NCBI GenBank assembly: GCA_964403585.1
Contig: CAYOFQ010000001.1
Span: 1,024,826-1,088,825 of the forward strand
Direction of reading: 5' to 3'
Length of the DNA stretch: 64,000 bases
Origin: an uncultured Gammaproteobacteria bacterium
Lineage (GTDB): Bacteria > Patescibacteriota > Microgenomatia > JALYQM01
How positions within the stretch are numbered: position 1 is the stretch's first letter; each line of letters opens with the position of its first letter. Both the position numbers and the translations under genes were made by a program. Positions 1-9,720 of this stretch are shown here, in pieces. A model generated the notes under the pieces. The model saw only the letters and a list, made by a program, of their open reading frames with translations, made no database searches and was not told the origin of the DNA.

Positions 1-613
1 AATCAATTTTCTGATCCTTAGGTATCAAATATCTGAACTGAGGCAGGCTCGGTGTAGAAACCAGAGAAATAAAGTTTCCCACCCGGGTAACATATCGGAC
101 TTCCTGTGTAGTATCTTCAACACGAACAAAGGTAAATTGGGCGATTGGATGCTCCGCAAGCACAGTGACAGTCAGTGTATTAAAAGCAAACGGATTCCAG
201 TCAAAGGTAAGTGTGTCCAGACAGGGATACTTTTTCCTCAAACTCTCACCATCCAGGAAGAAATGGCTTAACACGTATGGACTCTTCTTGAAATACGTTT
301 CTTGTATAATCTGCTCAGAAACACAGTCTTCGCTGTCCCCGAGAAATTTATAGGTAATGACTTGGATTTCAAATAATCTGGTCGTAAAAAATAACACCAG
401 CACCGCAAATAAACTTATCACACCAATAGCCACACCCCAACGACGCCGAAAAAAGGAAACGATATTTTTTAGAGTAGCAAATCCACCGGAAAAAGAGACC
501 GTTAATTTCCGGTCCTTCTTAACCGGCGTAGCCATAGGTTGGCGACGAACAGGTTTGGAAGCAGGCACATGCTGAAAACGCTGATGACTTTTTTGTTGTC
601 GGACAGATCGCAT
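1..613 (-). CDS. ftsQ: FtsQ/DivIB-like cell division protein (POTRA), partial; the 3' end lies beyond the window start
   Basis: Uninterrupted minus-strand frame from ATG at 613..611 (directly after the murG stop) to the window edge. It translates MRSVRQQKSHQRF...WGVAIGVISLFAVLVLFFTT... (basic N-terminus, one TM helix, then a POTRA-like region). Its position after murG matches dcw cluster order. Not in the ORF track because it is partial. Confidence 0.5.
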   Translation of the reverse strand, partial: MRSVRQQKSHQRFQHVPASKPVRRQPMATPVKKDRKLTVSFSGGFATLKNIVSFFRRRWGVAIGVISLFAVLVLFFTTRLFEIQVITYKFLGDSEDCVSEQIIQETYFKKSPYVLSHFFLDGESLRKKYPCLDTLTFDWNPFAFNTLTVTVLAEHPIAQFTFVRVEDTTQEVRYVTRVGNFISLVSTPSLPQFRYLIPKDQKID

Positions 614-616
614 ATG

Positions 617-1717
617 CTAAACTATATCATGCACAACGCGAGCCAGCGCAACTGCCGCATCAGGACGAACCATCGCTTTGGCCTTGGCTATATCAGACTC
701 GGAAACCTTCTTAGCCAGCATATCCTGAATTATTTTAAGTAAACGCTCGCCGGTTAAACGCTGCTGTAAAAGAGCGACTCCTAACCCGCTTTGAGTAAAA
801 AAGTCGGCATTGTACTCCTGCTCCTTATGATTAGGAATGGGTATCAGAATAGCTTTCTTTCCCAAAAACAACAACTCGCACAAGGTATTTACACCCGAAC
901 GGCTGACCACTACATCAGTGTAAGAAAACACATCACCGATCATCTCGGGCTTAACATAATCAAACGCGTAATATCGGCCGTTATATTTGTCGCTATACTC
1001 CCACTGCAGTGCCTGAGCCTTCTCATAATCATGAAAAAACGTGGCATTCCCCGTTTGATGGATAACATGAGCGATCTGCAATAACTCCGGCAGAACCGAG
1101 AAAATCAGTTCATTAATCGGATGCGCCCCCTGATTTCCCCCGGTAATATACAAAACCGGTAGACCTTTTTTCTCCATATAAAACTGCCCCTGCGGATGCG
1201 ACACTTCTGACCGGATTGGATTACCGGTTACAACAACCTCGGCCTGCGGATAATATTTCTTTGTATCTTCAAAAGACAAAGCTATTTTTTTTACATACCG
1301 CGAAATAATTTTGTTGGCTAGTCCCGGAATTAACGTCTGCTCATGGGTAATTGACGGAATACCCAATACCCAACCGGCGATTACCACCGGAACCGCCGGA
1401 TAACCTCCAAAGGAACAAATAACATCAGGTCTTATCTTTCTTAAGAATACAATCGACTGAAAAAAACCATAGGGAACTTTCAGCAATGAAGGAACAGTAT
1501 AGCGGGTAAATGTTCGCTGCAATCGACCGGTAGTTAAGGCATAGGAAGGGATTCCCTTCTCTTTCATCATCAGATATTCAGCGGACAGTGCCGTATCCCC
1601 TTCCCGAGTATGCTTACGACCAATAAACGCAAACTCAACTGAAGGGTCAAGTTTCTTGAGCGCATCCATCATCGCTAACGCAGGAGTAATATGTCCACCA
1701 ATAATCGCAACTTTCAT
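617..1717 (-). CDS. murG: UDP-N-acetylglucosamine--N-acetylmuramyl-(pentapeptide) pyrophosphoryl-undecaprenol GlcNAc transferase MurG
   Basis: Family-typical N-terminus MKVAIIGGHITPALA and GT28 C-terminal domain; dcw context. The ORF-track start at 1807 adds 30 aa that overlap the ftsW 3' end; ATG at 1717 is the more plausible start. Confidence 0.88.
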   Translation of the reverse strand: MKVAIIGGHITPALAMMDALKKLDPSVEFAFIGRKHTREGDTALSAEYLMMKEKGIPSYALTTGRLQRTFTRYTVPSLLKVPYGFFQSIVFLRKIRPDVICSFGGYPAVPVVIAGWVLGIPSITHEQTLIPGLANKIISRYVKKIALSFEDTKKYYPQAEVVVTGNPIRSEVSHPQGQFYMEKKGLPVLYITGGNQGAHPINELIFSVLPELLQIAHVIHQTGNATFFHDYEKAQALQWEYSDKYNGRYYAFDYVKPEMIGDVFSYTDVVVSRSGVNTLCELLFLGKKAILIPIPNHKEQEYNADFFTQSGLGVALLQQRLTGERLLKIIQDMLAKKVSESDIAKAKAMVRPDAAVALARVVHDIV

Positions 1718-1745
1718 AGGGTATATTGTACCAAAAATTGCTAAC

Positions 1746-2894
1746 TTAAGCTTTTTTGCGCGAAACTCCAGTTCGAATACCCTGATTCCGGCTCGTTGAA
1801 AAGGCAATATTCATCAAAATACCAATAGCAATAAAACCGACTACCAAAGCCGAACCACCATACGAGACAAATAAAAGCGGAACCCCGGCGAACGGAATCA
1901 ACACCGACATGGCACCGATATTCAGAAAAATTTGAACTCCAAACCAGGTAATAAATCCAGCCGCCATTAACCGTCCGAAATCCTCATCGGCCCGATCGGC
2001 AATCAAAAATCCCTGCCGCATAAACAAAAATAGTACAAATAAGAATAACGTCACACCAAAAAATCCGAATTCCTCTCCAATAATCGCAAAGATCGAATCG
2101 GTTTCCGCAAACGGTAAATAGCCATATTTCTGCCGTGACTGCCCCGGACCGGTACCAAAGAATCCTCCCGAACCGATACCAATAATAGCCTGACGGATAT
2201 GATACGTCGCGCCTAAGCTGTCAGGAGTATTAAACGGATCGGTCCAAAAGTGCAAATAACTATTAAACCGCTGTAACCGGTAGGGAGCAATGAGAATAAG
2301 TATCATAGTCCCGACAACCATTGCCGGCAACAACATGTACAGATACTTCATGGGTTCACGAGCCAGAATATAGATAACCACCACGGCCGATGTCGCAATA
2401 AGTGTTGTTCCCAAATCGGGCTCCAGCATCACCAGCAAAATTACGAGTCCCAGGAAAAGCAGAAATCCGGCAAACGTTTTGCCGTCACGCTTTCTACCCG
2501 GCTTAGAAAACCACGCCGAGAAAAAGATCACCATTGAAACTTTAGCAATCTCAGCAGGCTGGAAACCCACCGGGCCAATTAAGGGCAGCGCAGGCAAGCG
2601 TATCCACCGCTGCGCTCCCAGCGTTTTGTCCGCTACCCCCGGGATGAGAACAAGAATGAGCAAAATAATCGAAACAATGTACATCGGCCAAGCTAGCTTC
2701 TTCCAAAAGCGATAGTCAATGCTCATCGAAAAAGTACCGCAAATTATCGCGATAATAAACCACACCACCTGCGATTGCGCCTTCCCCCACGAAGAAGCAT
2801 CATAGATCATCAAAATTCCGAACAACGACAAAAATAAAGCACAAAAAGCGAAAGAAAATGGCAGAAAATATTTTTTGAGGCGGGCTTCGTGCAT
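1746..2894 (-). CDS. ftsW: FtsW/RodA/SpoVE family peptidoglycan glycosyltransferase (FtsW by context)
   Basis: 382 aa, about 10 TM helices, SEDS-family sequence; sits between mraY and murG. Confidence 0.88.
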   Translation of the reverse strand: MHEARLKKYFLPFSFAFCALFLSLFGILMIYDASSWGKAQSQVVWFIIAIICGTFSMSIDYRFWKKLAWPMYIVSIILLILVLIPGVADKTLGAQRWIRLPALPLIGPVGFQPAEIAKVSMVIFFSAWFSKPGRKRDGKTFAGFLLFLGLVILLVMLEPDLGTTLIATSAVVVIYILAREPMKYLYMLLPAMVVGTMILILIAPYRLQRFNSYLHFWTDPFNTPDSLGATYHIRQAIIGIGSGGFFGTGPGQSRQKYGYLPFAETDSIFAIIGEEFGFFGVTLFLFVLFLFMRQGFLIADRADEDFGRLMAAGFITWFGVQIFLNIGAMSVLIPFAGVPLLFVSYGGSALVVGFIAIGILMNIAFSTSRNQGIRTGVSRKKA

Positions 2895-3002
2895 GGTACT
2901 ACTATAGCAGGCAACCCGGCTATGGTACAGAGATTGACAGAGAAATAAGCGAAGTGGAACAGTTGCTCGTTTTTATTAAGCGAGGCGACGAAGTCGTCCG
3001 AT

Positions 3003-3070
3003 TGCGAAGCTCCCTCGGCTTTGCGAAGTCAAACTTCCGCCCTGGGATGTGTTTATGGATAGATGGAGAT
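3003..3070. repeat. Intergenic repeat element, copy 1 (mraY-ftsW spacer)
   Basis: tgcgaagctccctcggctttgcgaagtcaaacttccgccctggga is 42/45 identical to 22251..22295. The core ctcggctttgcgaagtc[a/g]aacttccgccctggga is 33/34 identical. It contains GCGAAG hairpins such as gcgaagt-caa-acttccgc. Confidence 0.7.
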
Positions 3071-3118
3071 CATGTTCCGCAAGAACAAGCAATACATTGA
3101 AGTATCTCCGAAGTTATA

Positions 3119-4114
3119 TTATCCAATCGACGCCAGCCATACACCAAACAACGCAAAAATAGCACCGATCAACCAGAACCGCATTACAATTTTCGGCTCT
3201 TCCCAACCAATAGTCTGTAGATATAAATGCAGCGGAGCGATCGGAAAGACCCGTTTTTTACGGAATCGTAACGACAACAACTGAATAGCTGAACTGGCTA
3301 CCTCAACAATAAAAAGCCCGCCAATAATCCCCATCGCCATTACTTTGGCTGTGAGCAACGCTACAACACCCAGTGCCGCGCCGAATGCCAAAGCTCCAAC
3401 ATCGCCCATCCAGATACGTGCGGGAAAAACATTAAAATACAGAAACGCAAACATCGATCCAAGCCAAATACCAAGAAAAATTTGCAGGGTAGGGTCAACC
3501 TGCGCACTGGCAATCACTAAAAATCCAAGCAGACAAATAATCAGCAAACCTCCGGCCAATCCGTCCAATCCGTCGGTTATATTAAACGCATTGGAAAAAG
3601 CCACTATCACAAAAGCCGCAAAAGCAATGTACGAAGGTCCAAGCAAAAAGTTACCCAGCTTAGGAATATAAATATTGTCATATCCAAGTGTATACAAAAG
3701 ATATCCCAACCCTAACGCTATCACCCACTGAATTACAAATTTCCAGCGCATTTTCAATCCCCAGACACCGGTTTGCTTAAATTGGAAAAATTTATGAATA
3801 TCATCATACAAACCCAAAATGCCAAACCCAATCAAAGCCAGTAACAATGCCCATAACCGTCCTCCACCATCGACTCCCATTGCGGAAGGCAGGAAACTCG
3901 AAAGTAACACGGTTACAAAAATAACCAGCAAACCGCCACCCACAGGAGTACCGATTTTATGTCCATGCAGTTCATCAAACAAGCTTTTCTCTGCACCCTT
4001 AGCTTTCTCACGAGTTCGACGGAATTTCAGTTTATACAGTACATCAATAAACGGTACCACCAGCAAAGCAGTAATAAAGAATGAAAGTAAAACGAGTCCA
4101 AGTAGTTTTTCCAT
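3119..4114 (-). CDS. mraY: Phospho-N-acetylmuramoyl-pentapeptide transferase MraY
   Basis: Typical MraY N-terminus MEKLLGLVLLSFFITALLVVPFIDVLYKLKF and polytopic membrane protein. ATG at 4114 sits 1 nt after the dgkA stop; the longer ORF-track start (4255) would overlap dgkA by 140 nt. Confidence 0.88.
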   Translation of the reverse strand: MEKLLGLVLLSFFITALLVVPFIDVLYKLKFRRTREKAKGAEKSLFDELHGHKIGTPVGGGLLVIFVTVLLSSFLPSAMGVDGGGRLWALLLALIGFGILGLYDDIHKFFQFKQTGVWGLKMRWKFVIQWVIALGLGYLLYTLGYDNIYIPKLGNFLLGPSYIAFAAFVIVAFSNAFNITDGLDGLAGGLLIICLLGFLVIASAQVDPTLQIFLGIWLGSMFAFLYFNVFPARIWMGDVGALAFGAALGVVALLTAKVMAMGIIGGLFIVEVASSAIQLLSLRFRKKRVFPIAPLHLYLQTIGWEEPKIVMRFWLIGAIFALFGVWLASIG

Positions 4115-4115
4115 A

Positions 4116-4508
4116 TTATAAAGGCAAATACCAATAATAACGGACCCAGTGGACAATCGGGGGGAGAAAAATAAACGAACCGACAATAATTGCTCCCAAA
4201 GCCGAAACCAATACCATACCCGCCGACACATCTTTGGCCACTTTAGCCTGTCCACGCCATTCCGAACCTAACAAATCAACAAATGCCTCCAAAGCCGTAT
4301 TAATAAGTTCACATACTAACACAAACACTATGGTTAACGCCAATACCGCACACTCTACCCACGAAATACCAAATACATACGCTGCAACCATCACAAAAAA
4401 ACCGACAATCACATGAACCTGGAAATTAGGCTGGGTATAAAAAACCCAGAAAATTCCGTTCAAAGCATTTCGTATCGAGGCAGTATGATGACCAAGTCTC
4501 CGGCGCAT
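4116..4508 (-). CDS. dgkA: Prokaryotic diacylglycerol kinase / undecaprenol kinase (DgkA family)
   Basis: 130 aa, 3 TM helices, DgkA-like motifs (ALNGIFWVF, NTALE). Confidence 0.7.
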   Translation of the reverse strand: MRRRLGHHTASIRNALNGIFWVFYTQPNFQVHVIVGFFVMVAAYVFGISWVECAVLALTIVFVLVCELINTALEAFVDLLGSEWRGQAKVAKDVSAGMVLVSALGAIIVGSFIFLPPIVHWVRYYWYLPL

Positions 4509-4549
4509 ACTTTAATAATAGATCGCCGCACGCAGCTAGTAAAGCATCT

Positions 4550-5869
4550 CTACTCGGTCACAATATCGATCTTCGCGCCGAGCGCAGTAAACCGTTCGAC
4601 AAATCGCTCATAACCACGCTCAATATGATGAACACCGGTCACCGTCGATGCACCATCAGCACAAAGCGCAGCAATGACTAGTGTCGCCCCTGCACGAATA
4701 TCCCCGGCATCAACTTCTGCAGAATGCAACTGTGTCGGACCAGAAATTCGCGCGGCGTGAGGATGATCCGGATGGTCATCGGAAAGATTAAAATTATATA
4801 CTTCGTCAGGGTTCTCTACTTCAGGACGGTACAACTCAATTATTGCTCCCATCTTTTGTAATTCTTTGACATACCCGAAACGTGCCTCATGAATGGTCTC
4901 ATGAATAGTGGACTCTCCATCTGCCTGAGTCATCGCCACACACCACGGTGACTGACAGTCGGTATTAAACCCGGGATAGATTTCAGTAGTAACGTTGGTA
5001 GCTTTCAGCTGATCTCCCCATACCTTTAAACCATTCTGAGTGATCTCATAATGCCAGCCCGCTTCTTCCACCTTTTGCAAAAACGCCGAAAGAATCATCC
5101 AGTCGATTCCCTCAAGTTCAATCTGTCCTTTAGTTGCCATCGCTGCAGAAATAAATGTAGCTGCTTCAAGTCGATCTCCGAGAATGGTATGTTCTGTTCC
5201 ATGAAGCGAGGTCACACCGTTAACCCGTATTGTTCGGGGATCTGTCCGCACAATATCCCCACCCATTTTATTAAGTAAACTGATAAGATCGTCAATTTCC
5301 GGTTCCTGTGCCGCATTTTCAATAATGCTCTGCCCTTTAGCACAAACAGTAGCCAAAACCATCATTTCCGTGCCAACATGAGTATTTTTTGTAAAACGAT
5401 ACGTCGCACCTCTTAAACCTTTCGGTGCATATGCATGAAACGTACCATCTTCATAACTAACTTCGGCTCCCAAGGCACGTAAACCATCAATGTACCGGTC
5501 AATCGGACGTTTACCGATTTTATCGCCTCCCGGATCCGGGATATGCGCCTCACCGGTTAAATTAAGCAATGGGCCAAAAGCTAAGGTCGCTGTTTTGCAT
5601 TTGGAAGCATGCACCAGAGATACTGAATTATTCACTAACGTCCGGGCGCGGACAGTTACGGTATTATCGATGAAAGTAGTTTCTGCGCCAAACTCTTCAA
5701 GGATCTGCAACATAACACGCGTATCACTCAGATTCGGAATATTGTGCAGTACAATCGGTTCTTCAGAATACAAACCTGCCACAACAACTTTCAATGCACA
5801 GTTTTTAGCACCTGAAATGCGCACGGAACCTTTAAGTGGTGTACCACCATGAACAATAAATTTATCCAT
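4550..5869 (-). CDS. murA: UDP-N-acetylglucosamine 1-carboxyvinyltransferase MurA
   Basis: 439 aa; SGAKNCALK motif near the N-terminus, EPSP-synthase-like fold sequence. Confidence 0.9.
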   Translation of the reverse strand: MDKFIVHGGTPLKGSVRISGAKNCALKVVVAGLYSEEPIVLHNIPNLSDTRVMLQILEEFGAETTFIDNTVTVRARTLVNNSVSLVHASKCKTATLAFGPLLNLTGEAHIPDPGGDKIGKRPIDRYIDGLRALGAEVSYEDGTFHAYAPKGLRGATYRFTKNTHVGTEMMVLATVCAKGQSIIENAAQEPEIDDLISLLNKMGGDIVRTDPRTIRVNGVTSLHGTEHTILGDRLEAATFISAAMATKGQIELEGIDWMILSAFLQKVEEAGWHYEITQNGLKVWGDQLKATNVTTEIYPGFNTDCQSPWCVAMTQADGESTIHETIHEARFGYVKELQKMGAIIELYRPEVENPDEVYNFNLSDDHPDHPHAARISGPTQLHSAEVDAGDIRAGATLVIAALCADGASTVTGVHHIERGYERFVERFTALGAKIDIVTE

Positions 5870-5890
5870 ATTAACTAATTCTGGGGAAGA

Positions 5891-6955
5891 TCAGAATTCT
5901 CCTACTCTAAATATTTCCTCTTTAATGTCTATATTGTAACGATCTTTAAACTCTTTTTTTATAGCATCCATAACCGCCAGGACATCCTGTGCCGTCGCAG
6001 TACCGTCAGTCTCAATAAAGTTGCCGTGTTTAGCTGAAATCCACGCCCCGCCGATCCGCTTTTGCCCCAACCAGCCGAATTTTTTATCAACTACATACCC
6101 GATAGCATCACTTTCAAACTGCCATTTCTCCTTATCCTCGGCTGAAACATTATGAAAAACACATCCGGCACTGTTAGCCGGCTGGTGCTCATTTTTCTTT
6201 ACCAGAACACTTTTTGAAATTTCCTGAGCTTTAGCCACATCACCTTTAAATAATCTCAGTTTGGCACTGAGGATAATATCTTTATTGGTATGAAAAACTG
6301 AGTAATCATAATCAAAATCCAACTCTTTCCAGGACTTTTCGATAATCCGGTTATCTTCGTTCAAAATACGCACTGAATGAATAAAATCACCTATAAATAT
6401 GGTATGACCGTGCACATTGTTGTAAATCCAACCGCCAAGTGTACCCGGTATTCGCATAAACCACTCCAACCCGGTAATCCCAACTTTAAACATGTCACGA
6501 ATAAAATGCGGCATCGAGTAACCTCCCGATACTTCAAGGAATACTTTTTCAGCACCGTGGTTTGGATTCTCGGTATCATCGTAGTAGTGAAAATGAACGG
6601 CCGCGTGTCGGGCCTTCCCGGTGGAATGTTCCTCCCAATCATCAGGCATAGTAATTTCCGAATAGCCTTCTACCGCATTCTTAATTACTAATCCCCGGTA
6701 GCCTTTATCCCCGATCAGAACATTCGCACCGCCTCCTAAAATAAAAAACGGCACAGCTAGCTCACGGGCAAGCTTTATTGCTCCAAGTAACTGTTCTTCA
6801 GTTTTTGACTCAAAAAAAAGATCGGCCGGACCACCTACCCGCCAGGTGGTATATTTTTTAAGCGGTTCGGCTTCCCGAAGCAATTCCGGACCTATTAATT
6901 GTGAAAATTGAGCTTTAAATTCGGTATAATCGTTCATAGCGGTAATACAACACAA
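5891..6955 (-). CDS. murB: UDP-N-acetylenolpyruvoylglucosamine reductase MurB (with insertions/extension)
   Basis: FAD-binding region KKYTTWRVGGPADLFF...ILGGGANVL, then a MurB C-terminal domain; 354 aa. Confidence 0.8.
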   Translation of the reverse strand: MCCITAMNDYTEFKAQFSQLIGPELLREAEPLKKYTTWRVGGPADLFFESKTEEQLLGAIKLARELAVPFFILGGGANVLIGDKGYRGLVIKNAVEGYSEITMPDDWEEHSTGKARHAAVHFHYYDDTENPNHGAEKVFLEVSGGYSMPHFIRDMFKVGITGLEWFMRIPGTLGGWIYNNVHGHTIFIGDFIHSVRILNEDNRIIEKSWKELDFDYDYSVFHTNKDIILSAKLRLFKGDVAKAQEISKSVLVKKNEHQPANSAGCVFHNVSAEDKEKWQFESDAIGYVVDKKFGWLGQKRIGGAWISAKHGNFIETDGTATAQDVLAVMDAIKKEFKDRYNIDIKEEIFRVGEF

Positions 6956-6963
6956 CTCTCTTA

Positions 6964-8358
6964 TTATACCATTTTTGCCTGTAAGTAGGCTCCCAGCTTC
7001 TGCGGAATATTTTCCATGGTACCGACAGCCATAAAGAGCACCACATCCCCCGGCTTAACCGCCTGTTCCAGGTACGAAAGAATCTCCAACGGCCTGGATA
7101 TATACTGAATATGTCCAACCTGTTTTTCAGCTACCGCAACAATATCCCGTGCATGAACGAGGCCTTCGAGAGCTTTTTCCCTGGCGGCAAAAATATCGGC
7201 AATAATAACTTCATCGGCAGGAGTAAACGCATCGGAAAATTTGCCCAGTAAGCCCTTTATCCGGGAATAGGTATGCGGTTCATAAACACACCAAAGCCTG
7301 CGATCAGGATACCGGGCTTTCGCAGCTTCCAATGTAGCGCGGATTGCCGTGGGGTGATGAGCATAATCTTCAACAATGAGCACCTGATTAAATTCTCCTT
7401 TGATGTCAAAGCGTTTCCCTACTCCTTTAAAGCCGTCAAAAGCCTTTTGAATAGTTTCTATAGAAACTCCGTAACGCAGCGCAATAATTGCCGCAACCAG
7501 AGAATTCAGTACATTGTGTTTACCAGCTAACGGGGTGAACAACGAACCTGCATGTTGCCCTTTATGCGTAATATCAAACCGCGTCCCATTTGACTCATAT
7601 GTAATATGCTCTGCTAACCAATCCCCATTAGAAGAAATACCGTACGTCTCCAAAGAAGCCGGGAAGGTACTCAGACGAGAGACATCAACAGAATCGGCAC
7701 AGACCAGTAAGGTCCCCGAAGCTTTTACCGATTGAGCAAATTTTACGAATACCTCGTATTGCACATCCAGATTCGCGTACAAATCCATATGATCCAGTTC
7801 AATGCTCGTAATAACGCCAACAGTAGGATGATAATACGCAAACTTAGGTGAGGAATCCAAACACGAACTGGAATACTCATCACCTTCAATTACCACCAGT
7901 TTTCCTTCACCTTTTCGAAAACTATTGGCAAAATTCCGAGCCACCGCGCCTATTAAGACAGTCGGGTCTACTCCTGCCTGATCAAGTATCCAACCAACTA
8001 AAGATGTTGTCGTGCTTTTACCATGCGTACCGGCAATTACAATCTGTTCGTGATTAGCAGCAAACATACGATCAATAAATTGGGGGTAAGAAATAACGTC
8101 CAACTGTTGTGCTAAGGCTGATTGCAGTTCAGGATTATTTTCCCGAATATGATTTCCGAGTACCACCGTATCACAATCCCCCAGATTCTCAGGCGCATGA
8201 CCGCTAATAAACGAAATACCGGCCTGTTCTAACGTGGTAGTTGCCGGCGGATACGCATTCTCATCCGACCCGGTAACCTCAAAACCACGGGATCGTGCAA
8301 TTGCTGCAAGACCACTCATCATCTGTCCGGCGATACCTAAAAAATGAATTTTTTTCAT
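6964..8358 (-). CDS. murC: UDP-N-acetylmuramate--L-alanine ligase MurC
   Basis: IHFLGIAGQMMSGLA N-terminus and GTHGKSTTTSL P-loop. Confidence 0.9.
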   Translation of the reverse strand: MKKIHFLGIAGQMMSGLAAIARSRGFEVTGSDENAYPPATTTLEQAGISFISGHAPENLGDCDTVVLGNHIRENNPELQSALAQQLDVISYPQFIDRMFAANHEQIVIAGTHGKSTTTSLVGWILDQAGVDPTVLIGAVARNFANSFRKGEGKLVVIEGDEYSSSCLDSSPKFAYYHPTVGVITSIELDHMDLYANLDVQYEVFVKFAQSVKASGTLLVCADSVDVSRLSTFPASLETYGISSNGDWLAEHITYESNGTRFDITHKGQHAGSLFTPLAGKHNVLNSLVAAIIALRYGVSIETIQKAFDGFKGVGKRFDIKGEFNQVLIVEDYAHHPTAIRATLEAAKARYPDRRLWCVYEPHTYSRIKGLLGKFSDAFTPADEVIIADIFAAREKALEGLVHARDIVAVAEKQVGHIQYISRPLEILSYLEQAVKPGDVVLFMAVGTMENIPQKLGAYLQAKMV

Positions 8359-9680
8359 AAATGGTTAACGATCTCCTTAAACTGTTGTCCGCGATCAAAT
8401 TCATCACGGAATAAATTAAAACTGGTGGCTCCCGGAGATAATAATACCAAACCATCCGGCTGAGCAGCTGTATACGCTGACTGTACGGCCTGCTCATAAT
8501 CGGTATATTTACCAATAACTAAAGAAGGATCGATCGAAGCTAATTTCTCGTCTGCAGTTCCTTCAAGTAGTACAACGTTAATCCTAGCCGAATTAATGAG
8601 CGAAACAAAACCTGTAAAATCCATACCTTTATCGTTTCCACCGGCAAGGAGTACTATTCTTTTGCCCAGTTCCTGAATTGTTTTGACCCCCTCACCGGCA
8701 GCACTGGGATTAGTAGCTGTAGTGTCGTTATAAAAATCAACTCCGTTAACCGTCCGGACAAACTCCAGACGATGCTCCACTCCGGGGAAAGAACAAATAG
8801 CTCCCTTAACCTGTTCAGGGTCAAGTTGCATATCCTGAGCCATTTGCCAAATTGCCCCTGCGTTGAGTCTGTTATGCGCTCCGAGCAAACGTAAATTCCA
8901 GTCCGCAGGAAGTGTTTGGGAATCAAACCAGACTACCCGGGATTGTATATCTGTCCCGAAATAATTTCCCCAGTCATTTTCAAAGTTAAGAATGGCAACC
9001 TGCTGTGAAGATTGAGCTAGAACTAATTGCTTCTTAGCCTGTGCATACTCATCCATATCATGGTATCTATTTAAATGGTCAGGGTATAAATTAGTAACAA
9101 TAGCATACCGAGGTCCCCACCCGTTCAAGCGGAATTCATCAATAAATGGTGCAAAGCCTTCACACTGGTAGCTAGACAGCTCTAGCACAACAACCGAATT
9201 TTCAGTTATCGAATCCAACTCTGCTAACATACTCTTGACCAGATTACCCATTAAATGAGTTTTTTTACCTGCTTTCGCACATACGTATGCGGCCAAGTGA
9301 GACGTTGTCGATTTACCTTTCGTACCGGTTACTGCAACAATAGCCCGTGATGGTGATAATTTAAAAAACAGGCTTGATTCCATTTCCACCGGCACACCGT
9401 GATCCCGGGCGATTTGCAAAAACGGCGAAGTATGAGGAACGCCGGGATTACGCACTACCATATCCGTATCGATAAAATCTTTTTCTTCATGCCTACCCAG
9501 AACAAATCTGATTGGCAGGTTTCTTAACCGCTCAACCGCGCCATACATTTTTTCTTCAGGGTTAATATCGGTAACCGTAACAATTGCACCACGTTCGGCA
9601 AAGAAACGTGCCACACCTTCGCCGCCCTGATGAAAACCTAACCCCATTACAGTAATTCGTTTATTTGTGAAATCATTCAT
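8355..9680 (-). CDS. murD: UDP-N-acetylmuramoylalanine--D-glutamate ligase MurD
   Basis: ITVMGLGFHQGG Rossmann N-terminus and GTKGKSTTS P-loop; 4-nt overlap with murC. Confidence 0.9.
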   Translation of the reverse strand: MNDFTNKRITVMGLGFHQGGEGVARFFAERGAIVTVTDINPEEKMYGAVERLRNLPIRFVLGRHEEKDFIDTDMVVRNPGVPHTSPFLQIARDHGVPVEMESSLFFKLSPSRAIVAVTGTKGKSTTSHLAAYVCAKAGKKTHLMGNLVKSMLAELDSITENSVVVLELSSYQCEGFAPFIDEFRLNGWGPRYAIVTNLYPDHLNRYHDMDEYAQAKKQLVLAQSSQQVAILNFENDWGNYFGTDIQSRVVWFDSQTLPADWNLRLLGAHNRLNAGAIWQMAQDMQLDPEQVKGAICSFPGVEHRLEFVRTVNGVDFYNDTTATNPSAAGEGVKTIQELGKRIVLLAGGNDKGMDFTGFVSLINSARINVVLLEGTADEKLASIDPSLVIGKYTDYEQAVQSAYTAAQPDGLVLLSPGATSFNLFRDEFDRGQQFKEIVNHL

Positions 9681-9720
9681 AGGTATGTTTCTCTTTGCAA
9701 AAGACTACGTTACTTCACTT

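Noticed and set aside
165-1084. Several plus-strand ORFs (165..353, 357..575, 539..742, 791..1084) antisense to ftsQ and murG
   Set aside because: They overlap well-supported minus-strand genes. They have no recognisable domains and low-complexity translations typical of antisense frames.
1717-1807. Longer ORF-track N-termini for murG (1807), mraY (4255), recO (20077) and the CE4-GT1 fusion (33790)
   Set aside because: The extensions overlap upstream genes by 60-140 nt and precede conserved family N-termini. Internal ATGs give canonical protein starts with 1-4-nt gene junctions.
3063-3284. Plus-strand 73-aa ORF beginning inside repeat copy 1 and running antisense into mraY
   Set aside because: Most of it overlaps the mraY coding sequence on the opposite strand. 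No motif or RBS, so it is likely spurious, though its start inside the repeat was noted.
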